The notes under the pieces were generated by a model. The model saw only the letters and a list, made by a program, of their open reading frames with translations. It made no database searches and was not told the DNA's origin. Below are positions 30,946 through 41,260 of a DNA stretch of 64,000 nt, piece after piece. The stretch is from Methanomassiliicoccaceae archaeon (GTDB taxonomy: Archaea > Thermoplasmatota > Thermoplasmata > Methanomassiliicoccales > Methanomassiliicoccaceae), in contig CAVSJV010000017.1 of NCBI GenBank assembly GCA_963728405.1, positions 96,001-160,000 on the forward strand, in the 5' to 3' direction. Position 1 is the first letter of the stretch. Each line of letters opens with the position of its first letter. Position numbers and translations under genes: made by a program.

Positions 30946-31482
30946 ATGGCTCTCAAGGATACCGTCCGATCGGTAGGCGACCTCATGGAATTGGCGGCCC
31001 GCACCGCGCCGAAAGGGTTAGGCCAGGATTTCATCGAGGCGGGGGTGTTGAGCGATGCGGAGCGCCTCGCCCTGGGGAACAACATGATCAAGATCGCCTC
31101 GGAGAAGAACACCCCGAACTGGGAACGGGACGGTCAGAATGTCCTCGATTGTGATGCAGTGGTGCTCATCGGCCTGCTGCCGCACAAAGGAGCGGGACTG
31201 GACTGCGGGGCCTGTGGCTTCGCCAGCTGCCGAGAGTTCAACGAGCGCTCCATGATCAAGGACTTCGAGGGCCCCAACTGCGCGATTCGGTTGTTAGACC
31301 TGGGCATTGCTCTCGGTTCGGCAGTCAAGGTGGCCTCGGACATGAACGTCGATAATCGCATCATGTACCGCATCGGCGTCTCGGCCAAGCGCCTGGGGAT
31401 AAGCAAAGGAAGGATAAGCCACGGCATCCCGCTCTCGGCGACGGGGAAGAACATCTTCTTCGATCGCGCCCCCAAGAAATAG
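30946..31482 (+). CDS. DUF2148 ferredoxin-domain protein
   Basis: AARTAPK, DCGACGFASC, DLGIALGSA, VDNRIMY, KNIFFDR. Confidence 0.88.
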   Translation: MALKDTVRSVGDLMELAARTAPKGLGQDFIEAGVLSDAERLALGNNMIKIASEKNTPNWERDGQNVLDCDAVVLIGLLPHKGAGLDCGACGFASCREFNERSMIKDFEGPNCAIRLLDLGIALGSAVKVASDMNVDNRIMYRIGVSAKRLGISKGRISHGIPLSATGKNIFFDRAPKK

Positions 31483-31670
31483 GGAGGTAAGCTACCGCGT
31501 TCGATGAAGACTCCAAGGAGCTCAGGGATGGTTCAAAGCTGCATCTCCCATGCAAGCAGTAACATGGGGGGTCGGAGCAGAACCTCTGATCCACCCGACC
31601 CGCTCATCATTCGATGGAATGTGGGCCATCGATTCTAACTTTTATATTATTAGTTGCCGTTAGCTGGGTG

Positions 31671-32120
31671 ATGAAGCTTTCACCTTACCATCTGGCCAAG
31701 GTCGCCTTCCTGGCCTATATTCCAGTCATCGCCACCATCATGGTAATGATCGTCCTGAGGGCCAATGACCTGGCCAGGGAGAACAATGACGCCGGTCTCG
31801 GACAGAGCTTCTTCAATCCGACCACGCCGGAGCAGGCGATCGTTGCCGGCTTCACCATATGGATCCTGGGCGCGTTCTTCGTCGCCATTCTGGCCGTCAT
31901 ACTATACCACATATTAAGGACCCGAACCCATCAGAGCCCTATCACCTTCTTGGCCATCACTTTGGTACTCTCCGCGATACTGGCCGTGGGTGCATACCAG
32001 GCCAAGATCCCTTTCGCCCCTGAGGCCGCCTTCGAGATGCTCACCTGCGGCATCGGATATGGTGTCCTTGTCCCCATCTTCTACGCCCGGGAAAGGGATA
32101 AAATGCTATATGCCCCGTGA
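31671..32120 (+). CDS. Hypothetical membrane protein
   Basis: Four hydrophobic segments. Confidence 0.65.
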   Translation: MKLSPYHLAKVAFLAYIPVIATIMVMIVLRANDLARENNDAGLGQSFFNPTTPEQAIVAGFTIWILGAFFVAILAVILYHILRTRTHQSPITFLAITLVLSAILAVGAYQAKIPFAPEAAFEMLTCGIGYGVLVPIFYARERDKMLYAP

Positions 32121-32323
32121 GCGTCCGATCGATGTTGGCGGCGCGGCTCGTGACTGCACCATCCTAGTACATTTTATGATCCAAGAGATAACTGGCCCAG
32201 GACCTGACGCAACTTAAATAGGAAAGTATGAAAATAGGAAGGTATGAATAATCGAGGAGAATATGTCAGCGAAGGTCGCACCGCATAGGGCGACATTCAG
32301 ATCACATTCATTGGAGGCATTAT

Positions 32324-32651
32324 TTGACTCAATTTGATTCGGAAGCGATGAACGAGGAGATAACACGATGCCCGTTCCCCAAGCACAAGGAGGGGGAGAT
32401 GTTCGGAGTGGCCGACCAGCTCCTTGGAGCGTCGCGCATCAAGGTCATGTGCGAGGACGGCACCTCGCGCATGGGTCGCATTCCCGGGAAGATCCGCAAG
32501 CGCATGTGGATCAGGGAAGGCGATCTCCTCATCGTAAAGCCCTGGGAGTTCCAGACCGATAAGGCGGACATCATGTACCGCTATACCAAGACGCAGGCCA
32601 GCTACCTGCACCGCCGTAAGGCCATACCTAAGAACCTGGACGTGTGTCTAA
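32324..32651 (+). CDS. eif1A: Translation initiation factor aIF-1A
   Basis: QLLGASR..C.DG..R.GRIPGK..KRMWIREGD..RYT; an apparent extra base near 32645 masks TAA at 32649. Confidence 0.93.
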
Positions 32652-32666
32652 GAGGAGGTTCTGGCC

Positions 32667-33444
32667 ATGGTCCAGAAGGATGCCTACGAGGCGCTCGAGC
32701 ATAAGATCATGGCCCTGCGGGAGAACAGCCGCACCGGGGATGAGCGCAAGACCCTGGACGAGGTCTTCGACTCCCAAACCATCCTGGGAATCTATAAGCT
32801 CATGACCGAGGGGGTCATCGATACCATCCAGTATCCGATCTCCACCGGCAAGGAGGGCAACGTGTTCGCGGCCGAGGATGCCGACGGAAAGCTCGTGGCC
32901 TTGAAGATCTATCGGACCTCCAACGCTTCGTTCAACCGCATCGCTCGCTACATCGAAGGCGACAAGCGGTTCACGGGCCTCACCGGCAACCGCCGGAAAA
33001 TGATCTTCGCCTGGGCCCTCAAGGAGTTCCGCAATCTGCAGCGCCTTAAGGATGCAGGCGTCCGCGTTCCAGAACCGATCCGGTTCCACCGTAACATGCT
33101 GGTCATGCAGTACATCGGTACCCGGCGAGGGCCGGCGCCACTGCTTCGGAAACGTCGTGCTGGACGATCCCGAGGCGGTGTACAAGACCATCGTGGAGTA
33201 CATGAGGCTCGCCTATCAGGATGCGGGGCTGGTGCACGCCGATCTCAGCGAGTACAACATCCTCTACTACCGGAAGAAGCCAGTTATCATCGACGTCGGC
33301 CAGGCCGTGCTGACGGAACACATCAACGCTAAGGATTTCCTAAGGAGGGACATCGATAACGTGAACCGATACTTTAGGAACCTTGGGGTCGATATTATGG
33401 ACAAGGAAGAGGTCTTCCTTGTCGTGACGGGGGCACCGAAATGA
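32667..33444 (+). CDS. rio1: RIO1 serine kinase (frameshift near 33150)
   Basis: ISTGKEGNVF, KIYR, WALKEFRNL, then VHADLSEYNIL and IIDVGQ in the next frame. Confidence 0.92.
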
Positions 33445-33978
33445 GACTCGTAACGTATACCGAAGGAGCGTGTTGGCGCTCTTATTGGCACTGACGGAGA
33501 AACGAAGGAGCTCATCGAGAAGCGTGCTGGCCTCTGGATGCGAATAGATACCGAGGGCGAGGTCGATATCGGGGACAACCCGGATGACCCCCTGGCCTCA
33601 CTAAAGGTCATGGACCTGGTCAAGGCCATTGGAAGGGGATTTTCGCCGCATCGGGCCATGCGCCTGCTGGACGAGGATGAATATCTAGAGGTGATCGATC
33701 TGGGCGACTATATCAGCAAAAAGCCCAACCAGCTGTCCAGGATGCGCGCGCGCATCATCGGCACCAACGGCAAGACCCGCCGGATCATCGAGGACCTTAC
33801 CGGGGCGAACATGTCGGTGTATGGCAGCACCGTCTCCCTCATCGGGAATTCCGTTCAGATGCCGATCGCCAAGACCGCGGTGGGAATGATCCTGAGAGGA
33901 AGCGAGCACGCCACGGTGTACCGCTACCTGGAGAGATCAAGGGCCACGCTGCGCATCTCCGAGATGGGGTTCTCCTGA
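33441..33978 (+). CDS. KH-domain pre-rRNA processing protein (Dim2/Pno1; frameshift near 33451)
   Basis: IPKERVGALIG, KAIGRGFSP, RIIGTNGKTR, GSEHATVY. Confidence 0.9.
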
Positions 33979-34063
33979 GACGGTAAGGACCATATACCAC
34001 TGGCCCATAGGGCGGGCGGGGCGAGGACGCGTTCAGTAACTCCCTCGCCAACATGGTGTTACA

Positions 34064-35305
34064 ATGAACGATATCATAGCCCGCGCCGACCTAGCCCTCA
34101 GGACCCACGACCTTTGCAACCACTGCCTCGGACGGCTCTTTGCCCATGTAGAGTCGGGGACCACCAACGTCGAACGGGGCCGCAACATGAGAGTATCGGT
34201 CTCCTTGGAACGCTCCGCCCGAAGCGAGGAAACTCCGGCCCATGAAATTTGCTGGCTGTGCGAAGATGTCTTCGACAGCTTGAACCGCTTTGCCGAGGTG
34301 GCCTTAGAGAAGTTGAGCACCATTGAGTTCGACTCTTTCCTGATCGGCACCAGGGTGGACCCCACCGTTCAGGATCGCGAGGAGCGGCTGTGGGCCGAGG
34401 TCGGAGGAGATACGGCCGAGCCCATCAAGGCCGAGCTGAACCGCGAGATCGGCAAGATCGTGGAGGCTCGAAGTGGTAAGAAGGCGGAGTTCAAGAGCCC
34501 CGACGTGGTGGCACTGGTCGACACCCGGTTCGGGCACGTGGACCTGGACATCGCTCCCATCTTCATCTATGGCCGCTACTGCAAGTTCTCGAGAGAGATA
34601 CCGCAGACCAGGTGGCCATGCCGCATGTGCCAGGGTAAGGGCTGCCCGCGTTGCGGCAACACTGGCAAAATGTACCAGATCAGTGTGCAGGAGGTCATCG
34701 GGGACGTCCTGCGGGCGGAGGCGGGGGGCGAAGACCATTTCTTCCATGGCATGGGTCGGGAGGACATCGACGCCCGCATGCTTGGCACTGGCCGGCCGTT
34801 CATCATCGAGATTTCTAAACCGAACAAGCGCCATTTGGACCTGGAGCGATTGATGCCCATCATCAACGCAAAGGGGGAAGGGTTAGCCGGCTTCTCGGGG
34901 CTCCGATATTCGAACCGAGAAGAGGTGCGCCAGATCAAGGCAGCGACCCCTGATAAGGTGTACTTGGCCGAGGTCCAGGTGCATGGCAAAGTTAATAAGG
35001 AAAAAGTTGATGAGGTAGTCCAATCGTTAAGTCATGCACGTATCACTCAGCAGACGCCAACGAGGGTCGCCCATCGTCGGGCTAACCTCGCCAGGGACCG
35101 CGGCATCAACGAGCTTCAACTGATGGAGTTCAGCGAGGAACGCCTGGTCCTTAAGCTGAGGACGGAATCCGGGACATATGTCAAGGAGTTCGTCAGCGGG
35201 GATAACGGTCGTACCGTGCCCAGCTTCTCGGCGGCACTCGGCGTGCCGTGCGAGGTGACCGCGCTTGACGTCTTACAAGTGATCGATAACACTAACGAGG
35301 GATAA
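34064..35305 (+). CDS. pus10: tRNA pseudouridine(54/55) synthase Pus10
   Basis: LCNHCLGR, GRYCK..R..PQTRW, GREDIDARMLGTGRPF, GTYVKE. Confidence 0.96.
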   Translation: MNDIIARADLALRTHDLCNHCLGRLFAHVESGTTNVERGRNMRVSVSLERSARSEETPAHEICWLCEDVFDSLNRFAEVALEKLSTIEFDSFLIGTRVDPTVQDREERLWAEVGGDTAEPIKAELNREIGKIVEARSGKKAEFKSPDVVALVDTRFGHVDLDIAPIFIYGRYCKFSREIPQTRWPCRMCQGKGCPRCGNTGKMYQISVQEVIGDVLRAEAGGEDHFFHGMGREDIDARMLGTGRPFIIEISKPNKRHLDLERLMPIINAKGEGLAGFSGLRYSNREEVRQIKAATPDKVYLAEVQVHGKVNKEKVDEVVQSLSHARITQQTPTRVAHRRANLARDRGINELQLMEFSEERLVLKLRTESGTYVKEFVSGDNGRTVPSFSAALGVPCEVTALDVLQVIDNTNEG

Positions 35306-35307
35306 AA

Positions 35308-35601
35308 ATGGTAAAAGCTTCCAGAGGCCTTAGGCGCAAGACGCGTAACATCCTTAGCAAGAGCTGCCGCAACAAGGGCATGACCCCCATCACTCACGAG
35401 TTCCGAGAGTTCGAGATAGGGGAGAAGGTCAGCGTGGTCATCGATCCCGGTGTCCACGCCGGCATGCCATATATGCGGTTCCAGGGTAAGACCGGCGTCG
35501 TCAGCGGTAAGCAGGGACGTGCGTTCGTGGTCCAACTGAAGGATGGCAACAAGCCTAAGACCGTGATCACCCGGCCTGAGCACCTCATCAAGAGCCTGTG
35601 A
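35308..35601 (+). CDS. rpl21e: 50S ribosomal protein L21e
   Basis: G.RRKTR, GMPYMRFQGKTG, RPEHL. Confidence 0.97.
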   Translation: MVKASRGLRRKTRNILSKSCRNKGMTPITHEFREFEIGEKVSVVIDPGVHAGMPYMRFQGKTGVVSGKQGRAFVVQLKDGNKPKTVITRPEHLIKSL

Positions 35602-35611
35602 GGCCATTAAC

Positions 35612-35932
35612 ATGTCCGAGGAGCGCTACGTGACCTTAGCTGAGGTCAAGCAGCTTCTGGAGGAAGCCAGTGCGATCAGGGAGCTTACTGCCGATCAGAA
35701 GCTTTCCTTCGATCACGCCCAGAAGGTCGCCCAGCTCACCCCTGAGAAGGCCAGGGAGCTGCAGGCCGAACTTAGCAAATTGGAGTTCGTCTCCGACGCA
35801 TTGTGTGCGAAGATAGCAGACCTCCTACCCGCTCACAACGACGATGTGCGCGTGCTCTTCTCCAAGGAGAGGATGGTATTGGAGAAGAAGAATATAGAAC
35901 AGATACTATCTGTAGTACAGAAGTATCGCTAG
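35612..35932 (+). CDS. rpoF: RNA polymerase subunit F (Rpo4)
   Basis: YVTLAEVK, KIADLLP, conserved position after L21e. Confidence 0.92.
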   Translation: MSEERYVTLAEVKQLLEEASAIRELTADQKLSFDHAQKVAQLTPEKARELQAELSKLEFVSDALCAKIADLLPAHNDDVRVLFSKERMVLEKKNIEQILSVVQKYR

Positions 35933-35953
35933 GCAACAAGGCGGGCGGAACAA

Positions 35954-36502
35954 ATGGAGGACTACGCGCTGATATTAGATTATCTACCCCAGGGCATCCC
36001 TACTGACAAGAGCTTCAGGAGAGAGGCCACGACCTTTGCCATAGGAGAGAGCGAGTTCAAGCTTTTCGAGCTCGTGCCTAAGGCGGAGGCGGTCATCGTC
36101 ATCGGTGACCGGGTGTATATCGGCAAGGAACCCTCCCTCCGAGAGAAGATCATACATGTGAAGCGCCGGGTCGGGTACGAGGAGTTGACCGCGGCTGCCC
36201 AAGCCGAGCTGCCGTTCATTCTGGCCGATATCGCCAAGGCCCAGATGCCCCGCTTCATAAAGTTCTTCAACGACGCCCAGGCCATCACCACCAGGTTCCA
36301 TATGCTCGAGCTCATACCGGGCCTGGGGAAAAAGACCATGTGGGCCATCCTGGAAGAGCGGAAGAAAGGGCCGTTCCTCAGCTACGAGGACCTCAGCAAA
36401 AGGGTCCCGGCGATCAAGCATCCTGAGAAGCTCATCGCCAAGCGGATCGAGGACGAGCTAGCCGACCCCACCCAGAAGTACCACATCTTCGTATCCCGGT
36501 GA
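35954..36502 (+). CDS. DUF655 RNA-binding protein
   Basis: LDYLPQG, FKLFEL, HMLELIPGLGKK; conserved synteny. Confidence 0.92.
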   Translation: MEDYALILDYLPQGIPTDKSFRREATTFAIGESEFKLFELVPKAEAVIVIGDRVYIGKEPSLREKIIHVKRRVGYEELTAAAQAELPFILADIAKAQMPRFIKFFNDAQAITTRFHMLELIPGLGKKTMWAILEERKKGPFLSYEDLSKRVPAIKHPEKLIAKRIEDELADPTQKYHIFVSR

Positions 36503-36561
36503 GGTCCACTGGGGGCCGCCGATAACCTTTTCCAATCTCCTAATTTTCATAACGCTCTGAG

Positions 36562-37368
36562 GTGCCAATGAAACCTTCCGAGATCACAGAGACCATCACC
36601 CGCCTGGGTGTCTCACCGTCCAAAGGCATGGGGCAGAACTTCCTCATCGATGAACGGGTGGCCGAGCGGCAAGTGGAGTTCGGCCAGATCTCCAAGGGCG
36701 ATATCGTGCTGGAGGTCGGTCCCGGCCTGGGGGTCCTCACCCATCGCCTGGCCGAGAGAGCCGGGAAGGTGGTAGCCATCGAGATGGACAAGCGTCTGGC
36801 CGGCTACCTCCGCACCACCTTGCCGGAGAACGTGGAACTGATCGAAGGGGACGCTCTGGAGGTCGACTTCCCCCCGTTCACCAAGTTCGTTTCCAACCTG
36901 CCCTATTCCATCTCCTCACCGATCATCTTCAAGCTACTTGACCACACTTTCGAAAGGGGCGTGGTCATGCTGCAGAAGGAATTCGCTGACCGCATGGTGG
37001 CCGCTCCTGACAGTGATGATTATTCCCGCCTCACCGTCAGCGTCTACTATCGGGCCGAGTGCCGATTACTGGAGAAGGTCCCCCGGTCCCGGTTTTGGCC
37101 CGCGCCCAAGGTCGACTCCGCGGTGGTGGAACTAGTACCCCGATCTCCCCCCTTCAAGGTCGAGGACGAGAAGCTGTTCTTCCGGCTGGTCGACATCCTC
37201 TTTCAAAGCAGAAGAAAGAAGATCGGCACGATCCTGCGCATGAAGGGCTACATGAGCGCTGAGGAACGCAGCGAGGTACCGTTCGTCGACCTTAGGGTGG
37301 AGGCGCTCTCTCCCGAGGAGATAGGTGAGCTAGCCAACGCCGTTCACCAGCTACGAGCGCGGCACTGA
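36562..37368 (+). CDS. rsmA: 16S rRNA dimethyltransferase KsgA
   Basis: GQNFL, EVGPGLG, NLPYSISS, PKVDS. Confidence 0.96.
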   Translation: MPMKPSEITETITRLGVSPSKGMGQNFLIDERVAERQVEFGQISKGDIVLEVGPGLGVLTHRLAERAGKVVAIEMDKRLAGYLRTTLPENVELIEGDALEVDFPPFTKFVSNLPYSISSPIIFKLLDHTFERGVVMLQKEFADRMVAAPDSDDYSRLTVSVYYRAECRLLEKVPRSRFWPAPKVDSAVVELVPRSPPFKVEDEKLFFRLVDILFQSRRKKIGTILRMKGYMSAEERSEVPFVDLRVEALSPEEIGELANAVHQLRARH

Positions 37369-37597
37369 ACTCCGATTTAGACCGCACCAGACATCCCGGT
37401 TAACATCACAGTGCTCTGGTCATCGTGACCGATTATCTCACCTATTTTCCACAGCTGGTAAAATATCTTCGATGTTCACTGAGGTCGATATATCAAGGTT
37501 ATAAAAATGGGGGGTCGCTGATAGGACGCCTGTTCCGGTCGGACTGAGGGAAGGTGTTGTTAGGTCGGAGATCGAATAGCTAGCACGAGATGACAAG

Positions 37598-38383
37598 ATG
37601 GATGCGCGAACGATTGGTAGGAAGCTCACAGAAGGGGCGAGGCTGCCCGGCCGGGCGGTGTGCGTGTATGGAAGTGATGAGATACCAGAGGGCTCGGTCC
37701 AGCTAAGCAATGTGGACCGCTGCGTGGCCCGAGCCATCTTCAAGCTCTCAATGAGCCCGGAGACCCCGGCGATACATTATGGGGCCACGGCCAGGGAAGG
37801 TATCTGCGGCGGGGGCCAGAGTTGGTGCGGTCTCACTGTCACCCCGACCAAGCTGAAGTACTTCGTTTCGACCGGAACGCCTGACTTCATGCAAGGTGCC
37901 GCCGAGCACCTTAAACCGTCCCCCGAGTCGGCTGAGCGGTTCTTCGCCGCTCCCGGAAAAATAACCCCGCCGGCCAAGTACATCAACCTGGCCGGGTGGG
38001 ACCAGATCGGGGAGGGCCAGAAGGTCCTGTCCTACATCCTCATCGGAAGTGCGGAGTCCATACGCAACGTGGGAGGCCTGGTCATCTTTGTCTCCGATGA
38101 CATCTTCACCTCCATCTTGATGCCGGGAGGCCCGACCTGTGCCTCGATGGTGACCTATGCAGCGGGCATGGCCGAGAAAGCACCAAAGAACGCGGCCTTC
38201 GTCGGGTCGGTAGATCCTACCGGCAATGACTGGTTCCCACCGGCCATGATGTCCATGGCCGTCCCCTTTGCGATGGCCCGGACCATGATGCAGAACCTCG
38301 ACGTATCCTTCCTGACCAAGCGCCCCCAGGTAGCCTTCCCGAGCAGGAGGCTGGACGTGGAGGAGAAGGGCGAACACTTCTAG
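37598..38383 (+). CDS. DUF169-family protein
   Basis: Scattered conserved Cys (C..CGGG..TCAS) and C-terminal GSVDPTG. Confidence 0.7.
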   Translation: MDARTIGRKLTEGARLPGRAVCVYGSDEIPEGSVQLSNVDRCVARAIFKLSMSPETPAIHYGATAREGICGGGQSWCGLTVTPTKLKYFVSTGTPDFMQGAAEHLKPSPESAERFFAAPGKITPPAKYINLAGWDQIGEGQKVLSYILIGSAESIRNVGGLVIFVSDDIFTSILMPGGPTCASMVTYAAGMAEKAPKNAAFVGSVDPTGNDWFPPAMMSMAVPFAMARTMMQNLDVSFLTKRPQVAFPSRRLDVEEKGEHF

Positions 38384-38389
38384 ACCTCC

Positions 38390-38430
38390 CGATTTTACCT
38401 TTTTTCTTTTATAAATTTCTCCTCCCTTCC
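38390..38430 (+). terminator. T-rich terminator
   Basis: TTTTACCTTTTTTCTTTT after the DUF169 stop. Confidence 0.5.
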
Positions 38431-38509
38431 AGCATCCATTGTCCTTTGCTCATCCCCTATATCCGGCCCGGAGAATCATTCTCAGGGGTGGGACCCATGG
38501 TGAGTTTAC

Positions 38510-38755
38510 ATGATCAAAGTGGAGCTCACGACCGGATGGATGAAGAGAACGGAGCTCAGGGCCAGGAAGGACGACCACGCCCATTACCGGACCATTTGCT
38601 GTCCGGGATCGTTCGAGGAACGGTTCTTCGACCCGGACCATCCTAAAGACAGCGACTGGGTCTCGGACATCGATTATGGCCGCCTGTTTGGCCAGGAGAG
38701 ATGGCCCCAGAACGGTCCCGATCGCTTCGAACAACAGGCGGCCATTTCACGCTGA
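38510..38755 (+). CDS. Small hypothetical protein
   Basis: GGTGAG RBS, 81 aa, fills the intergenic gap. Confidence 0.5.
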   Translation: MIKVELTTGWMKRTELRARKDDHAHYRTICCPGSFEERFFDPDHPKDSDWVSDIDYGRLFGQERWPQNGPDRFEQQAAISR

Positions 38756-38784
38756 TGAGAAAGGGAATGAGAGGCCTTCCATCC

Positions 38785-40338
38785 TCATCTCCCTTTCATG
38801 ATCTTTCTCATTCTGCTCATGGCCGACAGCTTTCGGATCAGTCCGCGACCATAGAGCATGTCGATCATGTCCAGTCCGGCCCTGAGCTTCTCCTTCCCAT
38901 ACGGATGCCACCAGATCTCCGTGCCGAATTTGGCCTGGTCGACATGGACGTGATGCGGTTCCATCAGCTCAGAGAATCCTATCTCCCCATGGGTCCGGCC
39001 AAAGCCGCTCATTCCCTTTCCGCCCCAGGGAGTCATCGCCAGGCCATAGGTGTAGGCGACATTGTTGACCAGTATGGTGCCGCCGCTGAGCTGTTCGGCC
39101 ACCCTCTGGCCTTTGACCAGATCTCTGGTCCACACCGAGCCGGAAAGAGCGTAGGGGCTATCGTTGGCCAGCCGCACGGCCTCCTCCTCGGTGCGGAACC
39201 GGTTCACCGTTATGAGGGGGCCGAAGACCTCCTCCTGGACCACCTTACTGGCTTGGGGGGCGTCCATGATCACCGTGGGCTCGAAGAAGTAACCTTTCAG
39301 ACCGGTAGCGCGCTTTCCCCCGACCAGCACCTTGCCCCCTTCGGAGATCGCGCCCTCCACCACCCGCTGCATATCGGCCAGAGCCTTCTCGTTGATCATC
39401 GGCCCCAGGTCGACGTCCGGATCGTCCCATCCGTTGCCCAATCTGAGCTTGCCGACACTTTCCTTCAACCGCTGGACGAACGATTCGTACGCTCCTTCCT
39501 GGACATAGATGCGTTTGACGCACACGCAGGTCTGCCCCGAGTTGACGAACGCACCCCATACCGCCCCCTTGACCCCTCTCTCCAGGTCAGCATCGTCGAA
39601 CACTATGAAGGGATCCTTGCCCCCAAGCTCAAGGGTCACCGGGGTGAGCGTTTGGGAGGCTAGGGACATTACCTCCATGCCAGCTTTAGTACTTCCAGTG
39701 AAGACGATCCTGTCGACCGCCGAACCGATGATAGCCCTCCCGGCCACTCCGCCCGGACCGATGACCGCCTGGACCAGGCCGGGCGGGAAGTCCGCTGTCG
39801 CGAACAGTCTGATGATCTCCAAGCCAGTTAAGGGAGTTTCGGAAGATGGTTTCAATACCACAGCATTCCCAGCGGCCACTGCCATGATGGTCTGCGAAAA
39901 TGGAATGCCGAACGGATAGTTCCAGGGAGCGATCACCGCGATCACTCCGAGGGGGCGGTTCTGAATGTATGAGCGACGGCCCATGTATCGCATCATGGTG
40001 CTCATTTTGCCGAATGGGACCGGTCTCGGGGCGAACAGCTTTGGCAGCGAGCGGGCCGCGAAATCCGCAGCGGTCAAGGAAGTGAGCAGGTCCACGTTGA
40101 TCGCCTCGGTCCGAGGCTTTCCGGTCTCCTGGGAGATGACACGGCCTAGCTCTTCGAGACGGGAGATGATACTTTTCTGCACCGACACGATGGCCCGGAC
40201 CCTGCGCTCCAGTGGCCAGGTCGCCCACTCCGCCTGAGCTTTCCTGGCGTTCTCGATCATTCCAGGCAAGATCTCCAGGTCGGTCTCCATAATATTTCCG
40301 ACCGACTCCAGCGTGGCCGGGTTGATCTTCATTAACAT
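38785..40338 (-). CDS. NAD(P)-dependent aldehyde dehydrogenase
   Basis: PWNYP, KPSSETP, FTGS, LELGGKDP, GQTC, EEVFGP. Confidence 0.95.
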   Translation of the reverse strand: MLMKINPATLESVGNIMETDLEILPGMIENARKAQAEWATWPLERRVRAIVSVQKSIISRLEELGRVISQETGKPRTEAINVDLLTSLTAADFAARSLPKLFAPRPVPFGKMSTMMRYMGRRSYIQNRPLGVIAVIAPWNYPFGIPFSQTIMAVAAGNAVVLKPSSETPLTGLEIIRLFATADFPPGLVQAVIGPGGVAGRAIIGSAVDRIVFTGSTKAGMEVMSLASQTLTPVTLELGGKDPFIVFDDADLERGVKGAVWGAFVNSGQTCVCVKRIYVQEGAYESFVQRLKESVGKLRLGNGWDDPDVDLGPMINEKALADMQRVVEGAISEGGKVLVGGKRATGLKGYFFEPTVIMDAPQASKVVQEEVFGPLITVNRFRTEEEAVRLANDSPYALSGSVWTRDLVKGQRVAEQLSGGTILVNNVAYTYGLAMTPWGGKGMSGFGRTHGEIGFSELMEPHHVHVDQAKFGTEIWWHPYGKEKLRAGLDMIDMLYGRGLIRKLSAMSRMRKIMKGR

Positions 40339-40658
40339 TCGTTAGTGCTCCTCGGGCAGGAACCATCGCCTCGGATCGGGCCCCTTGACCCAGTCACCGG
40401 AAGGCTGTTCCGGTTCAAAATAGCTTCACGTCGGACTTGGCGACGATCGATAAGAATATTCTGTCCTTTTCGCAAATACGATACAGTGACCATGAACGGG
40501 AAATTCACCCATGTTCTCTATTTAGGCAAGGTTGAAGCCAGCTATCGATGAATGACCATCTTGGAAGTATCCGAGGCTCTTGCATGGCGATCAGTGTCAG
40601 AGATGGGACCAATGGTGTGGCAGATCTTTCCGAACGAGAGCGTCCAAGGGGCGCAGGA

Positions 40659-40892
40659 ATGAGCTGGGACGGTCGGTGCCACGACCCCGGACTTGAGATG
40701 TTCAAGGCCGCCTACCAACTGGCGGTCCAGATGGGTCTGGGAGCAGACGACATTCCTGAACTTAGGACCGAGAACGGGGTCCTCCATGTGTTCATACCCA
40801 ACGGAGGAAAGATCAGACTGGAACCATACCCGGGATGGGAGGAAGAGAGCGGTTACGCCGATCTCCTCCGATCCCTTCGACCGAGATCCTAA
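40659..40892 (+). CDS. Small hypothetical protein
   Basis: ORF in intergenic gap with globular composition. Confidence 0.5.
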   Translation: MSWDGRCHDPGLEMFKAAYQLAVQMGLGADDIPELRTENGVLHVFIPNGGKIRLEPYPGWEEESGYADLLRSLRPRS

Positions 40893-40901
40893 GCTGTTCC
40901 A

Positions 40902-41126
40902 TCACTCGATGAGGGAGCTGGCATTCGAAGATTCCCTCGTCGACTCAGCATTCTTGACGAAGAAATAAGCGGCGGCGATGCCGACCATTACCGCAGCGAT
41001 ACCGGCCAGGGTCTCACCCTGGGCATGCGCATAATCGTACACGATCAACTCCCTGGCCACGGCGGTCACGGCCACCACGATCAGGATCATGACGACTACG
41101 GCCATCACCAGGACCTTTTTGACCAA
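40902..41126 (-). CDS. Small two-TM membrane protein
   Basis: Two hydrophobic helices. Confidence 0.55.
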   Translation of the reverse strand: MVKKVLVMAVVVMILIVVAVTAVARELIVYDYAHAQGETLAGIAAVMVGIAAAYFFVKNAESTRESSNASSLIE

Positions 41127-41260
41127 CTATGGGGCAGTCGAACATCATCGGGAGGAGAGTGGAAAGAGTCTTAATAATCCAACCGTTGTGATTTTTTCCC
41201 TGACATCTAGCGATGCAATCATATTTTAGGGTCCAGGCCATATCTTCGGACGGGAGAGAA